A stretch of 61,947 bases of DNA, the filler included, from Choristocarpus tenellus KU-1152 (taxonomy: Eukaryota; Protista; Phaeophyceae), in the NCBI GenBank assembly GCA_964200185.2. It is 11 parts of 11 records of this genome, joined end to end, with 100 filler letters (N's around TTAATTAATTAA, not from the genome) between each part and the next. Parts side by side here need not be neighbours in the genome. Positions count along the whole stretch, not along the records: positions 24,633 to 32,676 come from CAXNAD020005233.1; positions 32,777 to 40,458 come from CAXNAD020005764.1; 9 more parts are not named here. One strand, given 5' to 3'. The notes beneath the pieces are model-generated. The model was not told the origin of the DNA and did not search any database. It saw only the letters and a program-made list of their open reading frames with translations. Position numbers and translations under genes: made by a program. This document shows, one piece after another, positions 26,540-39,000 of this stretch; positions within the stretch are counted from its first letter, which is position 1; every line of letters starts with the position of its first letter.

Positions 26540-28670
26540 CTATTGATCTCACTTCGTATCAGAAGAACGTTTTGGGGGGTGAAATCGTGTTATCTCCTGG
26601 GATATTAGCGTTGTATTTGTCAGTAGCTGCATGCTGTTGGAAGCCATGGTAAATACCTAAATACAATTGGAAACCGAAATATTGAACCAAAGCTGGTTTT
26701 CTTCAGAGAAGAACATTCTACTTGGGCAAGTCGCATAGTTACAGCACGGAGAACGTTTCTATAAATTGTTCTTGTAATTAGGCGCTGACTGGCAGTTCGA
26801 ACTCCAGAGTCTACAAACTTCGGTCCAGGCCGTGCAAACTTGGTCGCCAGACAGTGTTGAAAGAACAGAAATGCGGAAGTCTGCAACAAATACACCACCC
26901 TTACATCAAGTTCGACCTGAAACCAAAGAACAACTACTTGAGCTGGTTAGCATGTGTGAAGTCGCACCTCCCCTCCTTCCACCAATCTATAAGCCTTGGA
27001 CAAATCTTTGTCAACACATGCCAGAGATTTAGGGGCGAGGAACAATTGTTATTCCACAGTTCTGCTTCGACACTACCGAGGAACACAGCTTTTCTCGCAG
27101 TGAGTGTAGCAGTGGTCGTCCAGGACAAGGAGATTCGCAGCTTTGCCAGCCTGCATCAATCTAAATCCGTAGTCATGAATAACCTGTTGAAGGACACAGG
27201 TTTGCACACGATAGTATGTTGATGAGGATAGGTTTGCTGAGCGGAGGAGTCCCTCTGCGCAAGAGCCTCAAGGACTTGATCTGTCATTCCGATGTTCAAC
27301 TTACCATTCATTGATATCTGACGACATGAACAAAAACTTGAGAATTAATGGTCGTAATTTTGCCTTTGGTCTACATAAATCTGTAACAGAGTCGCGATGA
27401 CGTTGTAGAATTCGCTAGCTGTGTTGTCAGACACTTTGCTGATACCATTCTTCAAGTTGGTACCTTCCCATGCCTCCTTGAGAAATGCCATGATCATAGC
27501 GGTAACCGTTTTCCTCACTGCTATATTGAAGGCAGCATCACTGTTCCAGAAGTCGATGTCTCCCAAAGAGTACTGGTTACACCGTCTGACCAGCACCTTT
27601 TGCCTCTTGCTGTTTCGCTGTTGTCGCTCAGCGCCAGTGGAGTGCATGGGCTGGCCTGATCACTTCCAAATTCTCTCCGGAAGTCCTTCATAGCCCACGC
27701 CCAGCAGACCACCCTGTGGAAGATGTCCACCACATTCGGGACGTGGGATCTGCTTGAAACCACACCTTCTCCGATGGAAATCGACTCCGCCTTGTCCCTG
27801 GTGCTTTGCAGAAATATTTTCCGCACAAGCGTATTTGTGGCAGCATCAATGTAGATTGTCCACCACATCCAAGGCCCATTTTTTGTCCATGAATCTGGAT
27901 GCTCAGCGGGAGAGTCTTCTCCTAGACTATCACCGTTATTGTCCAGAGGAGCATTACCCGGTGCTGCCCGTTAAGGAGGTAGAAGATGTTGTTTTGGTCG
28001 TTCAGCTTCTTCTTGACCCCCGTCTTGTCCGCCATCATCAATCCACCTCTTATATACTTGTTGAAAAGCTCACCCAAGGGAAGGTTGGAGTGAAAGTATC
28101 TTAGAGGGTACGAGTTTTTCCCTGTTTGTCCGTTTGGGCTTGGCTTCCTACGGCATTTTTTGTGACATTTTCCTATTCCGAAATGTTTCGGGGTACGTAA
28201 AACACATACCTCTTGGAGTAGGTTATCATGNNNNNNNNNNATAGCCAAAATTACATCAAGATCGCAACATTGGATTTTGGCCCTAAATGGACGCGACCCT
28301 ACCCTCTAACATACTTTGACTCGTTGGGGGGAAACCCGTATTCGTTCATGTATTCCCTCAACTCCTTTTCCATCTTCAAATGGGAGCACACGGGAAAAGG
28401 CTGGGCACTAAAGATGGCCGCGATTTTGTCGGTTGCCTGTTGGGGATCCCTCACGAGGTCCTATAGCATGGAGGTGACTCTTTCCTGATCCAGTAGGTTT
28501 GCGTTGAATTCCTGCCATAGGAATCCAGCGCTGATCATGTAGAAGGTTTTCCTGGCGCTTAGGGTAACGCAACCAATTTCTGCGGTCCTCTTGTGTGACT
28601 CTTGCTTGGCAGCTTCGGCGATGGTCCTTGATGCAATATAGCATTTTGGAAATCGTCGCAACGAACACAA
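26540..28670 (-). pseudogene. Decayed gene with an N-terminal ParB/Srx-like (DGQHR-type) domain, interrupted by a MITE
   Basis: Removing the MITE and one TSD gives one frame: EFNANLLDQERVTSML*DLVRD...YGFPPNLPLGELFNKY...IFYLLNGQHRVMLL; further frameshifted ORF remnants extend to ~26540. Confidence 0.55.
28088..28322 (-). mobile_element. Sola2-like MITE with TSD GTTG (contains a 10-N gap)
   Basis: GAGTGAAAGTATCTTAGAGGGTA...TACCCTCTAACATACTTTGACTC; GTTG at 28084-28087 and 28323-28326. Confidence 0.9.
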
Positions 28671-29016
28671 GGAGGTATTAGGAAGAGAGGTCAGTCAGGT
28701 ATGACGCTGATACGAATCACAGGGTTGATTGTTCAAGGTGGTGAGGTAGGGATGAAAATAAAACTAGCTATGTCACAAGTGTTTGGCGAACGAGTAGACT
28801 ATTGAGTAGTTTGCCGAAGATGATTTGTATCGGGGGAGACTGCGAACTACACCATAGAAAGAATGCCTGTCTTACACGAAACATGAAAAGCAGATGAGTG
28901 GTAATTTCGAGGGCTTTGCATTTTTTCAAATCCCATCGATTGACGGGAGATGAAATTAGAAATAGTTGAGATGCGAAACCTAATCAATTTAATTACTTCC
29001 GAATGCATGTGGTTGG

Positions 29017-30035
29017 TGGGGATCCTTTGTTTCTTCGAAAAAAAAAAGATGACATGGGCATTGAAGTGCTGCAGTGGGAGGTAACAAGAATTGGCTACAG
29101 AGGGAAGTGGCTTCTTCCGTTGGTGAATCCTAAAATGATATCGAAAATTCCGAATGGGTGAGATGCAATACTTGAAAGAAATTATACTTTTGAATGCAAA
29201 AAAACGCTGGGGATCATGTATTCCTTCTACAAAAACAGGTAATGTTGGCGGTGAAGTGATGCAGTGAGTGACAAGAATTGGCTATAGAGGAGAGTAGCTT
29301 CTTCTGTTGATGAATCCTAAAATGATGTCGAAAATTCCGAATGGGTGGAATGCAGTACTTGAAAGAAATGATTACTGTTGAATGCACAAAAAAATGCTGG
29401 GGATCATGCATTCCTTCTACAGAAACAGGTAACGCTGGTGGTGAAGTAATGCAATGAGTGTGACAAGAATTGCCTACAGAGGAGAGTGGCTCCTTCTGTT
29501 CATTAATCCTAAAATGATGTCGAAAAGTCTGAATGGGTGGAATGCACTAAATGAAAGAAATTATTACTTTTGAATGCACAAAAAAACGCTGAGGATCATG
29601 TATTCTACAGAAACAGGTAACATGTTAAAACCTGATTTCGTATGAGTTGTATGTTGTTAGGATGTGTCTGGTTTGTGACGAAAGAGATCATAGCGAAACA
29701 AAGCACTGATGGATTTGTTCTGGTAGGTCTGATGACATGTTGTATTCAGTCAGACAGTGTTCGATGTGAAGGTATGTTTGGATGTGCTGCGATTAACATG
29801 TTTAGAGGCAAAGGAGAGTGGCTTCTTCTGTTGGTGAATTCTAAAATGATGTCGAAAATTCCGAATGGGTAAGATGCAATACTTAAGAAATAATTTCTCT
29901 TGAAGGAAAAACATCGATGGGGATCATGTATTCCTTCCACAAGAACAGGCAACATGGGCGGTGAAGTGCTGTGGTGTGTGAAGAGAATTGGCTACAGCGT
30001 ATAGTCGCTTCTTCTGTACATCAACCCTAAAATGC
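29017..30035. repeat. ~190-bp tandem repeat array, 4-5 imperfect units
   Basis: GGGGATCATGTATTCCTTCTAC...GAATCCTAAAATGATGTCGAAAATTCCGAATGGGT units start near 29017, 29208, 29398, 29590 (partial) and 29919. Confidence 0.9.
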
Positions 30036-30067
30036 GATATCTGGGAGTTAGGGCAACGATGTTAACA

Positions 30068-30329
30068 GAGCCAAAGTATCTTAAAGGGTAGATCGGCGTC
30101 CATTTGGGAGCAACAATCCAATCTTACGATTATGATATAGTTTTGGCTATCGTGTTTGTTAGGAAGTCTCTATCTATATCCTTGTTTTGGACACATCTTT
30201 TCATAACAAACATATTTTACCTACTCAAAATATTTTAGAGTAAGAAAATGTCATTAAAATACGCATGGGAAGTCAAGCCCCAAATGGACAAACAGGGCAA
30301 AACTCGTAACCTCTAAGATACCTTCACTC
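30068..30329 (+). mobile_element. Complete Sola2-like MITE copy, more diverged; TSD imperfect
   Basis: GAGCCAAAGTATCTTAAAGGGTA...TAACCTCTAAGATACCTTCACTC. Confidence 0.9.
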
Positions 30330-32810
30330 ACACAAGTATGTTCGTGAGGGAACATACAATAAGTGTATAGGTAATTCACTTTGTGAACTTTGAAGATCTT
30401 GTTTCAAGATTTTCTAACAAGACTGTGTGAAGTCGGTCAAGGTTTAGATCAGGGATATAGTCTCTCAAGCAAATTAAGAAGAGATGCGCAATGCAATGAT
30501 CGACGTTTAGAGAGGGCATAGTAAGGACAGGTAATTGGTGCGCATGGTGGTCTCACAAAATAACAACACAAATGTTGTTTTTGTCGTCTTCCGCAATCCT
30601 AATCACCGATTGGGAATTTGGGAGGAGAGGGGAGAGAGTGGTGCACGTGGTGGCTGGCTTCAACGACAATACGAGAAAGGTGTATAAACTAAAATCCCAA
30701 TCGTTGGAGGATAATTGTGACCTCATGAGTTCGTTTACATGTGTCGTTTACATGTGTCGATTTCGTGCGAGTCTAGGTGTTGGCGCGACTGCAATACCAG
30801 GCGTAATTTTTTCACAAGTTGTGTAAGGGAACATGGTGTCATATAATGCGGGGAATAATGATATCTACCTTCTAGTTTGGCGGGTGCGATGGAGAGTTCC
30901 ATAAAAATAGGTCGCAGAATGATGGATGGGTGTGTGTGTGTTCTGGACAGAAATTTAGAGATTTGGTGTGTGGATGTTACTGTGTTATTAATACTATACG
31001 TGAAATGTGGGTGCCAACGGTCCAGGTAGTGTTGCATACGAAAGGGTAGAGGAAAATAAAATGGGTGTGGTGATGTTATACCCCCACGCACACACCCTGC
31101 CACGTTCAGGGGATGGGTACATTGTGGTGTTGACTATGCCTCTGGTATATTCATGTCGATAGTTGGATAATAAAAGTGGGACAACACAGTCGGAGCTATT
31201 TGGGAATGAACATTACCCAACTCTACCAAAAGGCCAACGATCATTGGTATGCATCATGATTGCCGGGTTTTACGTCACATTTTGTGCATGTTTGTCTTAA
31301 GGCGTTTGGCAGAGAGATTGGGTCGTAAAATCCGATACAGTACAGGGTGGAACACGATTGACGCCAACGGATCAAGAATAGATGTCTAACGATCATGCTT
31401 TCCTATACCCTTGTTCCTACATAGGTGTATGGAGTACTTAGTTTAATAGAAACAAATTCGGAAATAGCACACAGGCCTTACATTTTTAGCCTCTCAACGT
31501 TTGTTGGACAAGGAGGAATCGACGCGAGTTCGAAGAGTGTGTAGGGGCATGTGAGAGGAAAAAATAGAGGTGAACGCCAAGGGTTGAGGTTGAATGGTTG
31601 AGGGGACGCATGATGCCACGTGTTGTCATTGAAGCTAGGATTGGGGGGTTGATAAGGTAAATCATTCGTCATGCACGGAGGCGTTTGATGAGAGTGGGGG
31701 ATGATATTTGTCTTATGTGCGATTGGGTTAAATGCTCTGGATGTACTGTGCACATTTATTCCGTCAACCTCACCTCTTGTTTCCCCCTTTTGACATCCTC
31801 AAGTCCAGTGATTGCGACGAATTTCCATGTCCGACCTTCGCAGAGCCGTGATGTGGGCGTGTCAAAGCGGGCAGTGGAAACCTGTAGGGGAGGAGAAGGC
31901 ACGTTTTGCGCCTAGCCACTCGTCCGGCTCGAGGGGTTCGCCACGGGTGGGTTGCTTCTGGTCTCAAAGTCAATGCACCTCCTTCTCGTTTACAAAACAG
32001 GGTGAGCCGTTCAAACACATCTCTCACACTACCATTGCACATTACATGTAACACTAATACTATGATGTATTCGCATATGTGTATCGTGTCCATACGCATA
32101 CATATGATTTACAAAGGTTGTGTACAAAATCAAACATAACATAAATATTAAAAATATATCAGTCTGCATCCGTTACGTATTGCATTCCTTCTCATATCTC
32201 CATCCAATCAGGTTTCATTCCTTTATTCCTTCATTGAAAATACGTGTGTCATCCAATATCCATCCCAATATTAATATGTTCTTCACATTTTGCAGAACAT
32301 TAGTGTGTCCAATCAGACACATCCTAATACATTTTCTTTATTAAGATTGGGATATATCATTCTTTCGTGCAACCATCGACGTTAAAAGTATGATAGAGGT
32401 AGTGAAGATGTGAGAATTCGACGTTACAGATGGAAGCACATGTTCAGGTATTTATATTATTTTACCCTCTAATATTGAGGTATCCAACCAAATCACCTTC
32501 ACCATATCCACAACACCCACTCCAAAATAACGTTGAATCACTTTCAAGATCAGGGACAACTTCCTCCAACATTTTCAATCAATAAAAAAATAGAGCGTCA
32601 AAATGGAATCATTCGAATGTAATTACGTACAGTACCTACCCCGATTTTGTGCACCCATGGGCATGCCCGAAAAAAGNNNNNNNNNNNNNNNNNNNNNNNN
32701 NNNNNNNNNNNNNNNNNNNNTTAATTAATTAANNNNNNNNNNNNNNNNNNNNNNNNNNNNNNNNNNNNNNNNNNNNCCCTCTGGCTTACGTGAGTATGAT
32801 GGTAGATGTT

Positions 32811-33068
32811 GAGCCAAAGTATCTTAGAGGGTAGAGCGGTGTCCATTTGGGGGTCAAAATCCAATGTTGTGATTTTGATGTAATGTTGGCTATCATGTTT
32901 GTTAGTAAGTGTTAATATCCTTGTTCCAGACACACCTTTTCATAATGTATACATTTTACCTACTCCGAAACATTTTGGAGTAGGAAAATGTCATAAAAAA
33001 CCCATGGGAAGCCAAGCACGAAAGGGACAAACAGGGCAAAAATCGTACCCTCTAAGATACTTTCACTC
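32811..33068 (+). mobile_element. Complete Sola2-like MITE copy without TSD
   Basis: GAGCCAAAGTATCTTAGAGGGTA...TACCCTCTAAGATACTTTCACTC; flanks TGTT and AAAT differ. Confidence 0.92.
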
Positions 33069-36000
33069 AAATCAGTCTGATTGGCATACAGTGCGATCAA
33101 GGAGAAGACGAAGTACGTTCCAGACTACTTCAAACCGGTTCCAGAGTTTAATGGCGGAAGAATTCAAGGAAAATGAGCCTGACGAGCACCTACTTCCAAT
33201 ATTCCACGACCAGGATCCCTTATTATTTGATGAGGTTATCCTGAAAGATGGGAGAAAACTTTTAATTCACAAAGTGTCCGGAATATTTGTGAACACTGAT
33301 TTCAGAATGGTGGATCAACGGGCGGTTCAACAGTTTATGTCAGCAGATAATAACCCCATGATTCCATCTACTTTACCGCCAACCCCGCCTGTTTCGCAGT
33401 CTGCCCTTGTCCCCAGCACAAGGTCTCCCCCAACAGCACCAGCACCACCGTCTACCCAGTCGGTGACGTCGTCTACTGGAGACTTGTGCATTAATTTGAT
33501 CAATGACGAACTCAAGGCTGCAGTGGAGGAGAAGTGCCCCCCCAATATGGATCCCATCCGGAATTTGACGGAGACGAAGGATATGACTGATGTAAGGCAA
33601 TCTACTCCAAGTGCCCCCCTTACTGCTTTGCCAAAAATGTCATTAGTTAATTTTCCTAAAGATATGCGCCTGCCTTCGACTACAACTGACGTACCAACTC
33701 TTCTGACAAGTTTTCGTATGCATGTCACACTTCAACTTCACGAATCATAACGTGACCAGTCAACCATTGATAGAGCGTGCATGGCCTATTTGCCTTTGAT
33801 TTTAGATACAAATGCCAATATGCTATATTTGCAGAGTATGGAAGGCGAAGTTGAATGGCGCTCACCTGCACAATTGCGTACCATTCAAATGCAGAATAAC
33901 TCCACCGATCCTGTTCCCATTGTAGCCCCTAAAACATGGGACCAATTATGTACGGTTTTTATCAACACATTCAGTCACGCGAATGCGATGGGAGATTGGG
34001 GCAGACAGTGGGCTAATATTTCCCAAAAATCCGATGAAACCCTTGAAGCCTATGCCCTTCGATTTCGACACCTTCTTGGTAGATTTACTACAGTTGTCGA
34101 CCGTTCATTTACAGATTCAAGCGATCGTAAATATATTGATCAAATTGCGATTGTCATTTTTGAAGGTGGACTACAACCCCATCTTCAGCTAAAACAGTTC
34201 AACAAGGATTTCGCTTCCACATTATCTGAAGCTATCACTCGCGCAAGACGTCATGAAGCCAACAATCTAACGGGAGAAAAAGACATACCCACGCACTTGC
34301 CCGTGTTTCTGCAATTCCACCGGTCATTTAGCACAGTCTACGTTCCCTTCGGCTAAAATTGCGGCACTTCAGGAAACCAATAAGGCTTGAACGAGAAAAT
34401 CGAAGTTTAAACCGACATTTTATTGGACGTTCAAGCAACAATCACGCCTCTTCGACGCCCCCTTCGACGCCCTCTACACGTGGTCACCAAAGAGGAGCGA
34501 AACGTCGTCAAGAAGATCGTGCATCGCACCGCGGTTCATGTGAAAATCTCTTAAGCAGAAAAATAAAAACCATGAATGGGCATGGTGTAGGGATAATGTA
34601 GATATGCCGGGAGCGCCGGCCCGAATTACGGACGAGGAAAGGCAGCGAAAAATTGACAAAGCTAGAAGTAGAAAATTTAGTAAAAATTGATGGGGCCCAG
34701 AAGTAGTTCTTTTGAGTCTGAAGTCGGTTCTATTACAAGAGTTGACGAGGTTGTAAAACAAGTGAAACACTATTCGTCTACAGTAGCATTGGCTCCACAA
34801 GCACAGTTTATTCCTCAACATATTATCCAGGATAAACATGCTTCACGTCCAATTCTTCCTTTAGGTGCATATCAGAGTTTTAATAATAAAAATACTTTCT
34901 CATGGTACTCCAGTGCATTGTCACAATACACATCTCTTTGTGTATAAACTCATCATCAAACCGTATACGTGTGGAGGGAAAAAATAATTCTGAACCAGCT
35001 ACAGTGATCTTGGACACTGCGAGTGATATGTTGAACTATTCCACACTGGACCCGCGGCGTTTATGGTGCTTTAATGAAGGACAAAGAACAGCTTAATATA
35101 GATGAGTAAGGTTAATATTATAAGGGCCTTTGTGGTCTCGATTCCGCTGACTGAGCTCGTGGGTGAGACTCTAGCCTTAACTACCATCATTACTCTATAG
35201 TGTGGGGTTTGTAATCGTCCACACTAATTAACTATGAATTACTTATTTACTTATCTTAAGTATAGGAAGTGTATCTTGAACATGATATAACCAATCAACA
35301 CTATGAGTCAGTACGTATAATATATCTGTCACTGGCTCTCTACCCTATCGCATAATCCACCAGTGGTGTCTATAGTGTATCAGCAGCACTATCTACGAAG
35401 ATGATATACCATGTATTTCTCACAAATTTCTAAGTTCCCACCCTTCGATCCTGAATTCCCATATTGAACCAATTCCAGCAGGTGCAATCAACCTTTGTTC
35501 TGCAGATAGCAGTGCTTTGACCATCATGGGATTTATCAGGTTTTCCCTTCAACTAGGTGATATTACAATCCCAGTTGAAGCTTTAGTGTTTCCCACTTTA
35601 GGACCTGATGATGTTCTGCTCGATAAGAGTATTCTTGATGCTTTTGGAGCGATATATGACTGGAAAACTCAAGGGTTATCATTCGAAAAAGTACAACTGT
35701 CATATTTGCCATTCATCGTACTACCCCTTCTTTTGATATGTCATCCCCTGTTCAATTAGCAGCTATACAAGCGAAAGTTCCTTCTACCCCATTTCGTTTG
35801 AAGGAAACAATTTCCATTCCCCCAGAATCTGAAACGCTTGTATCTGCTGTAAGTGAGGAAACCCCCTCTGTAACTTGTGATGTTGTTGTAGAACCACGTA
35901 TCTGTTCATTTCATGATATTAATTCATTAAATATTAATGACCCTTGGCAATTTATTGCTGTTGCTCAAACAGTTACCACGTGGGATTCTGATGAGGGATC

Positions 36001-39000
36001 AGGGGTAGTACAACTTGCTAATATGTCCTCACAAGCAGTTCATCAAGCAGTTCATTTACCCAAGAATACTCTACTCGGTCACATTTACCCTGCAAACATA
36101 GTCAATACCAAACACTCCCACACCATCTCTGCAACATCTCTATCCGGATCTGAACGAACGCGTCTTGATGATGCGTTGAAACCTGCCTTTACCAACACTA
36201 CTTTCTCTTCATCTCAAATACAAGAAACACTGAATCTGTGTGCCAAATTCCGTTCAGTATTTTCACTCGATACCTCTGAATTGGGAACTTGCACCAATGC
36301 TGAAGCCGATTTTCCTCTCGAACCAGGCACCAGACCTATTAGTCGAGCACCATATCGTACTCATCCACACGTGAGAGGTACTATTGATAAATGTGTTGAA
36401 GATTTACAAAACCAAGGGTTGATTGAACCTCGTTCTAGCCCATGGGGTTCCCCTGTTACTATTGTTGCTAAAGCAGGTGGGACCCCAAGATTCTGCATTG
36501 ATTATCGGCGAACCATAAATAAACATATAACTAAATGTTCTTGGCCCATGCCTTTAGCTGAAGAGCATCTTGATTCCATTGGTGCAGCAAAATTACTGCT
36601 TTTGTCACCCATAGAGGCAAGTTTGTATGGGAACGACTTCCTTTCGGTTTGAGCAATGCTCCATTTATTTTTCAACGCATGATGACTCGAGCTCTGTCTG
36701 ATCTTGGCACGGGGTCAGGTCTGTTATGTTACATGGATGATCTCATTCTTTGTTCTGCCACTTGGCACCATCATATAACCCTACTTGAAACGTTTTTTAT
36801 AGCCCTTCAAAATACTGGCCTCACTTTAAAACCTTCTAAATTGAAGTTTGGTCCAGCAGAAGTTGAATACCTTGTTCATATTGTTTCTAGTGCAGGGGTA
36901 CCTCTTGGACAAACTCGAATTCAAGCTATTGTTGACATACCCACTCCTCGAACAATAAAGGACATTCGTTCTATCCTTGGTATGTGCAATTTTTGTCGAA
37001 AATTCATCCCACATTATTCAGACCTGACAGAACCCCTTCTAAAATTCACACGTAAAAAGTTTGTCTCACGTCCTCCTGGTGAAATTGGAAATGCATGGAC
37101 ATCAATTCACGATACCGTGCTAGACAAAATGGCATTAACATCGGATCCCCTTTTACACTATCCAGATTTCTCGAAATCGTTTGTGGTAAATGTGGATGCT
37201 TCCAATCTGGGTAGTGGTGGTTTTCTTGCTCAAAACGCTTCAGATGATCCGACGAACACCTCACTTCATAATGTGGCTTACTTCAGCACGAAATTTGACG
37301 GAGCACAACGAAATTATTCAGCTACATAAAAAGAATGTATAGCAGTAGTGCATGCCATTATCCACTGCCGTCCGCATCTTTGGGGCAGAGATTTTGATTT
37401 ATTCACGGATCATGCGGCACTCAGATATCTGTATTGCATGCAAGACACAGATAATATGTTGACACGCTGGGCTCTTGCTCTCCAATGTTTTGACTTTACA
37501 GTCCATCACAAACCTGGCAGAGACAATGTTGTACCTAATGCCCTTTCTCATCTTTTTGATATTGATATTGATCGTATGCCAAAAGTACTTTCTCCTATTT
37601 GCCGGAATATTCCGGAAAACACTACTCCAAATGCGGTAACCCCACGTCAAGCATACGAAATATATCCAGACCGCCTTCATGAATTAGATATAATTCAGAG
37701 TGACCGCGAACGTTTTAGTAGTTCTGTGAACATCTTTCCAACTTTAGACCACACCAAAATTCGTAAAGCACAAATGAATAAATTTTCTCTTTACTTTGAG
37801 TATTTACAAGCCCCTGATTCAGTGTCCTTACCTCCCCGTGAATCGAGGTATAGCATGTCATATTTTTATGTTGATGCTGACACTAACTTGCTTTATCGAT
37901 CATATTTTCCAGGGCATATACGCAAACACTGTGCTTTTCGCGGTCAATCAGTAGTTCCAAAAGAATTACAATCCTTGGTGTTGCATGCTTGCCATGACCA
38001 TCCCGCTTCGGGAGGTCATTTCGATCTCTTTCTCATACTCTTGACAAGGTACGAGACCGCTATTGGTAGCCTATGTTTCAGAAAGATGTTAGAGAATGGT
38101 GTGAGAGATGTCAACTTTGCCAAAGTCGAAAAACTTCTCACAGACGTCCTACATTACCTCAAGGACAAATTCCTGCCACTCGACCATTTGAATGGATTGC
38201 TGTTGATCTTGTCAAATATAAAAACATTTCCCGTGGTTGCTGTTATGTTCTTTCGGATATTTGTCAGTTGACACGCTTTGCTTTTCTCATTCCCATTCCA
38301 GACAAGCAATAAGTAACCATTGCCAAAGCTTTGTTTGAAATGATATTTTCAATATTTGGTGCACCCGAAATCCTTCACTTTGACCAAGGTTCGGAATTTG
38401 AAAATACCTTGTTCTGGAATTGCAGACAGTGTTTGGGTACCATAAAACTCGTACCACACCCTACAGACCACAGGGTAACTCTGTCTTAGAGTGTGTTCAT
38501 TCTACTCTGCATCAAATGTTATCCATTTGCAGTAAAATAGTAGAGAATAATTGGGCGACTGTTGTTCCATTCCTTTAATTGGCTCAATACGGCATACAAT
38601 ACCACATTATAAGAAACACCTCTCTTCCTACTTCTTGGACGCAGTCCAATTTTACCGATAGATATCATTTTTAGCCTATCTAAAACAACAGTTGCACAAT
38701 CTAGTCAAGAGTTTACTCAATCAACAGCTGAGAATTTACAGTTAGCGTTTGAATTAGCCTGTCGCAATCTGAGAGAACGGAATGCTAAGAAAATTGCTAA
38801 CAATAAAACTCTTGTTTTCCCTGTGTTTCAAGTTGTAGCTCAAGTTTTGGTGCATCGTCCACATACTGACCGTGATGGACCTGATCCCAAATTAATTCAT
38901 CCTTGGCGTGGACCTTTCACTGTGACCGCTAAGATTCCTCCTGTAGTTTACTGTGCCCATAAACAGGGTGACATCAAAGATACTTCTGTTCACTTAGCCC

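Noticed and set aside
29017-30035. Possible CRISPR-like array
   Set aside because: Whole ~190-bp units are homologous with no unique spacers, no cas genes, and the context is eukaryotic
32899-33068. Repeated peptide MLGSVNILVPDTPFHNVYILPTPKHFG...SYPLRYFHS in several ORFs
   Set aside because: Incidental translation of the MITE; no ATG start and frames break between copies
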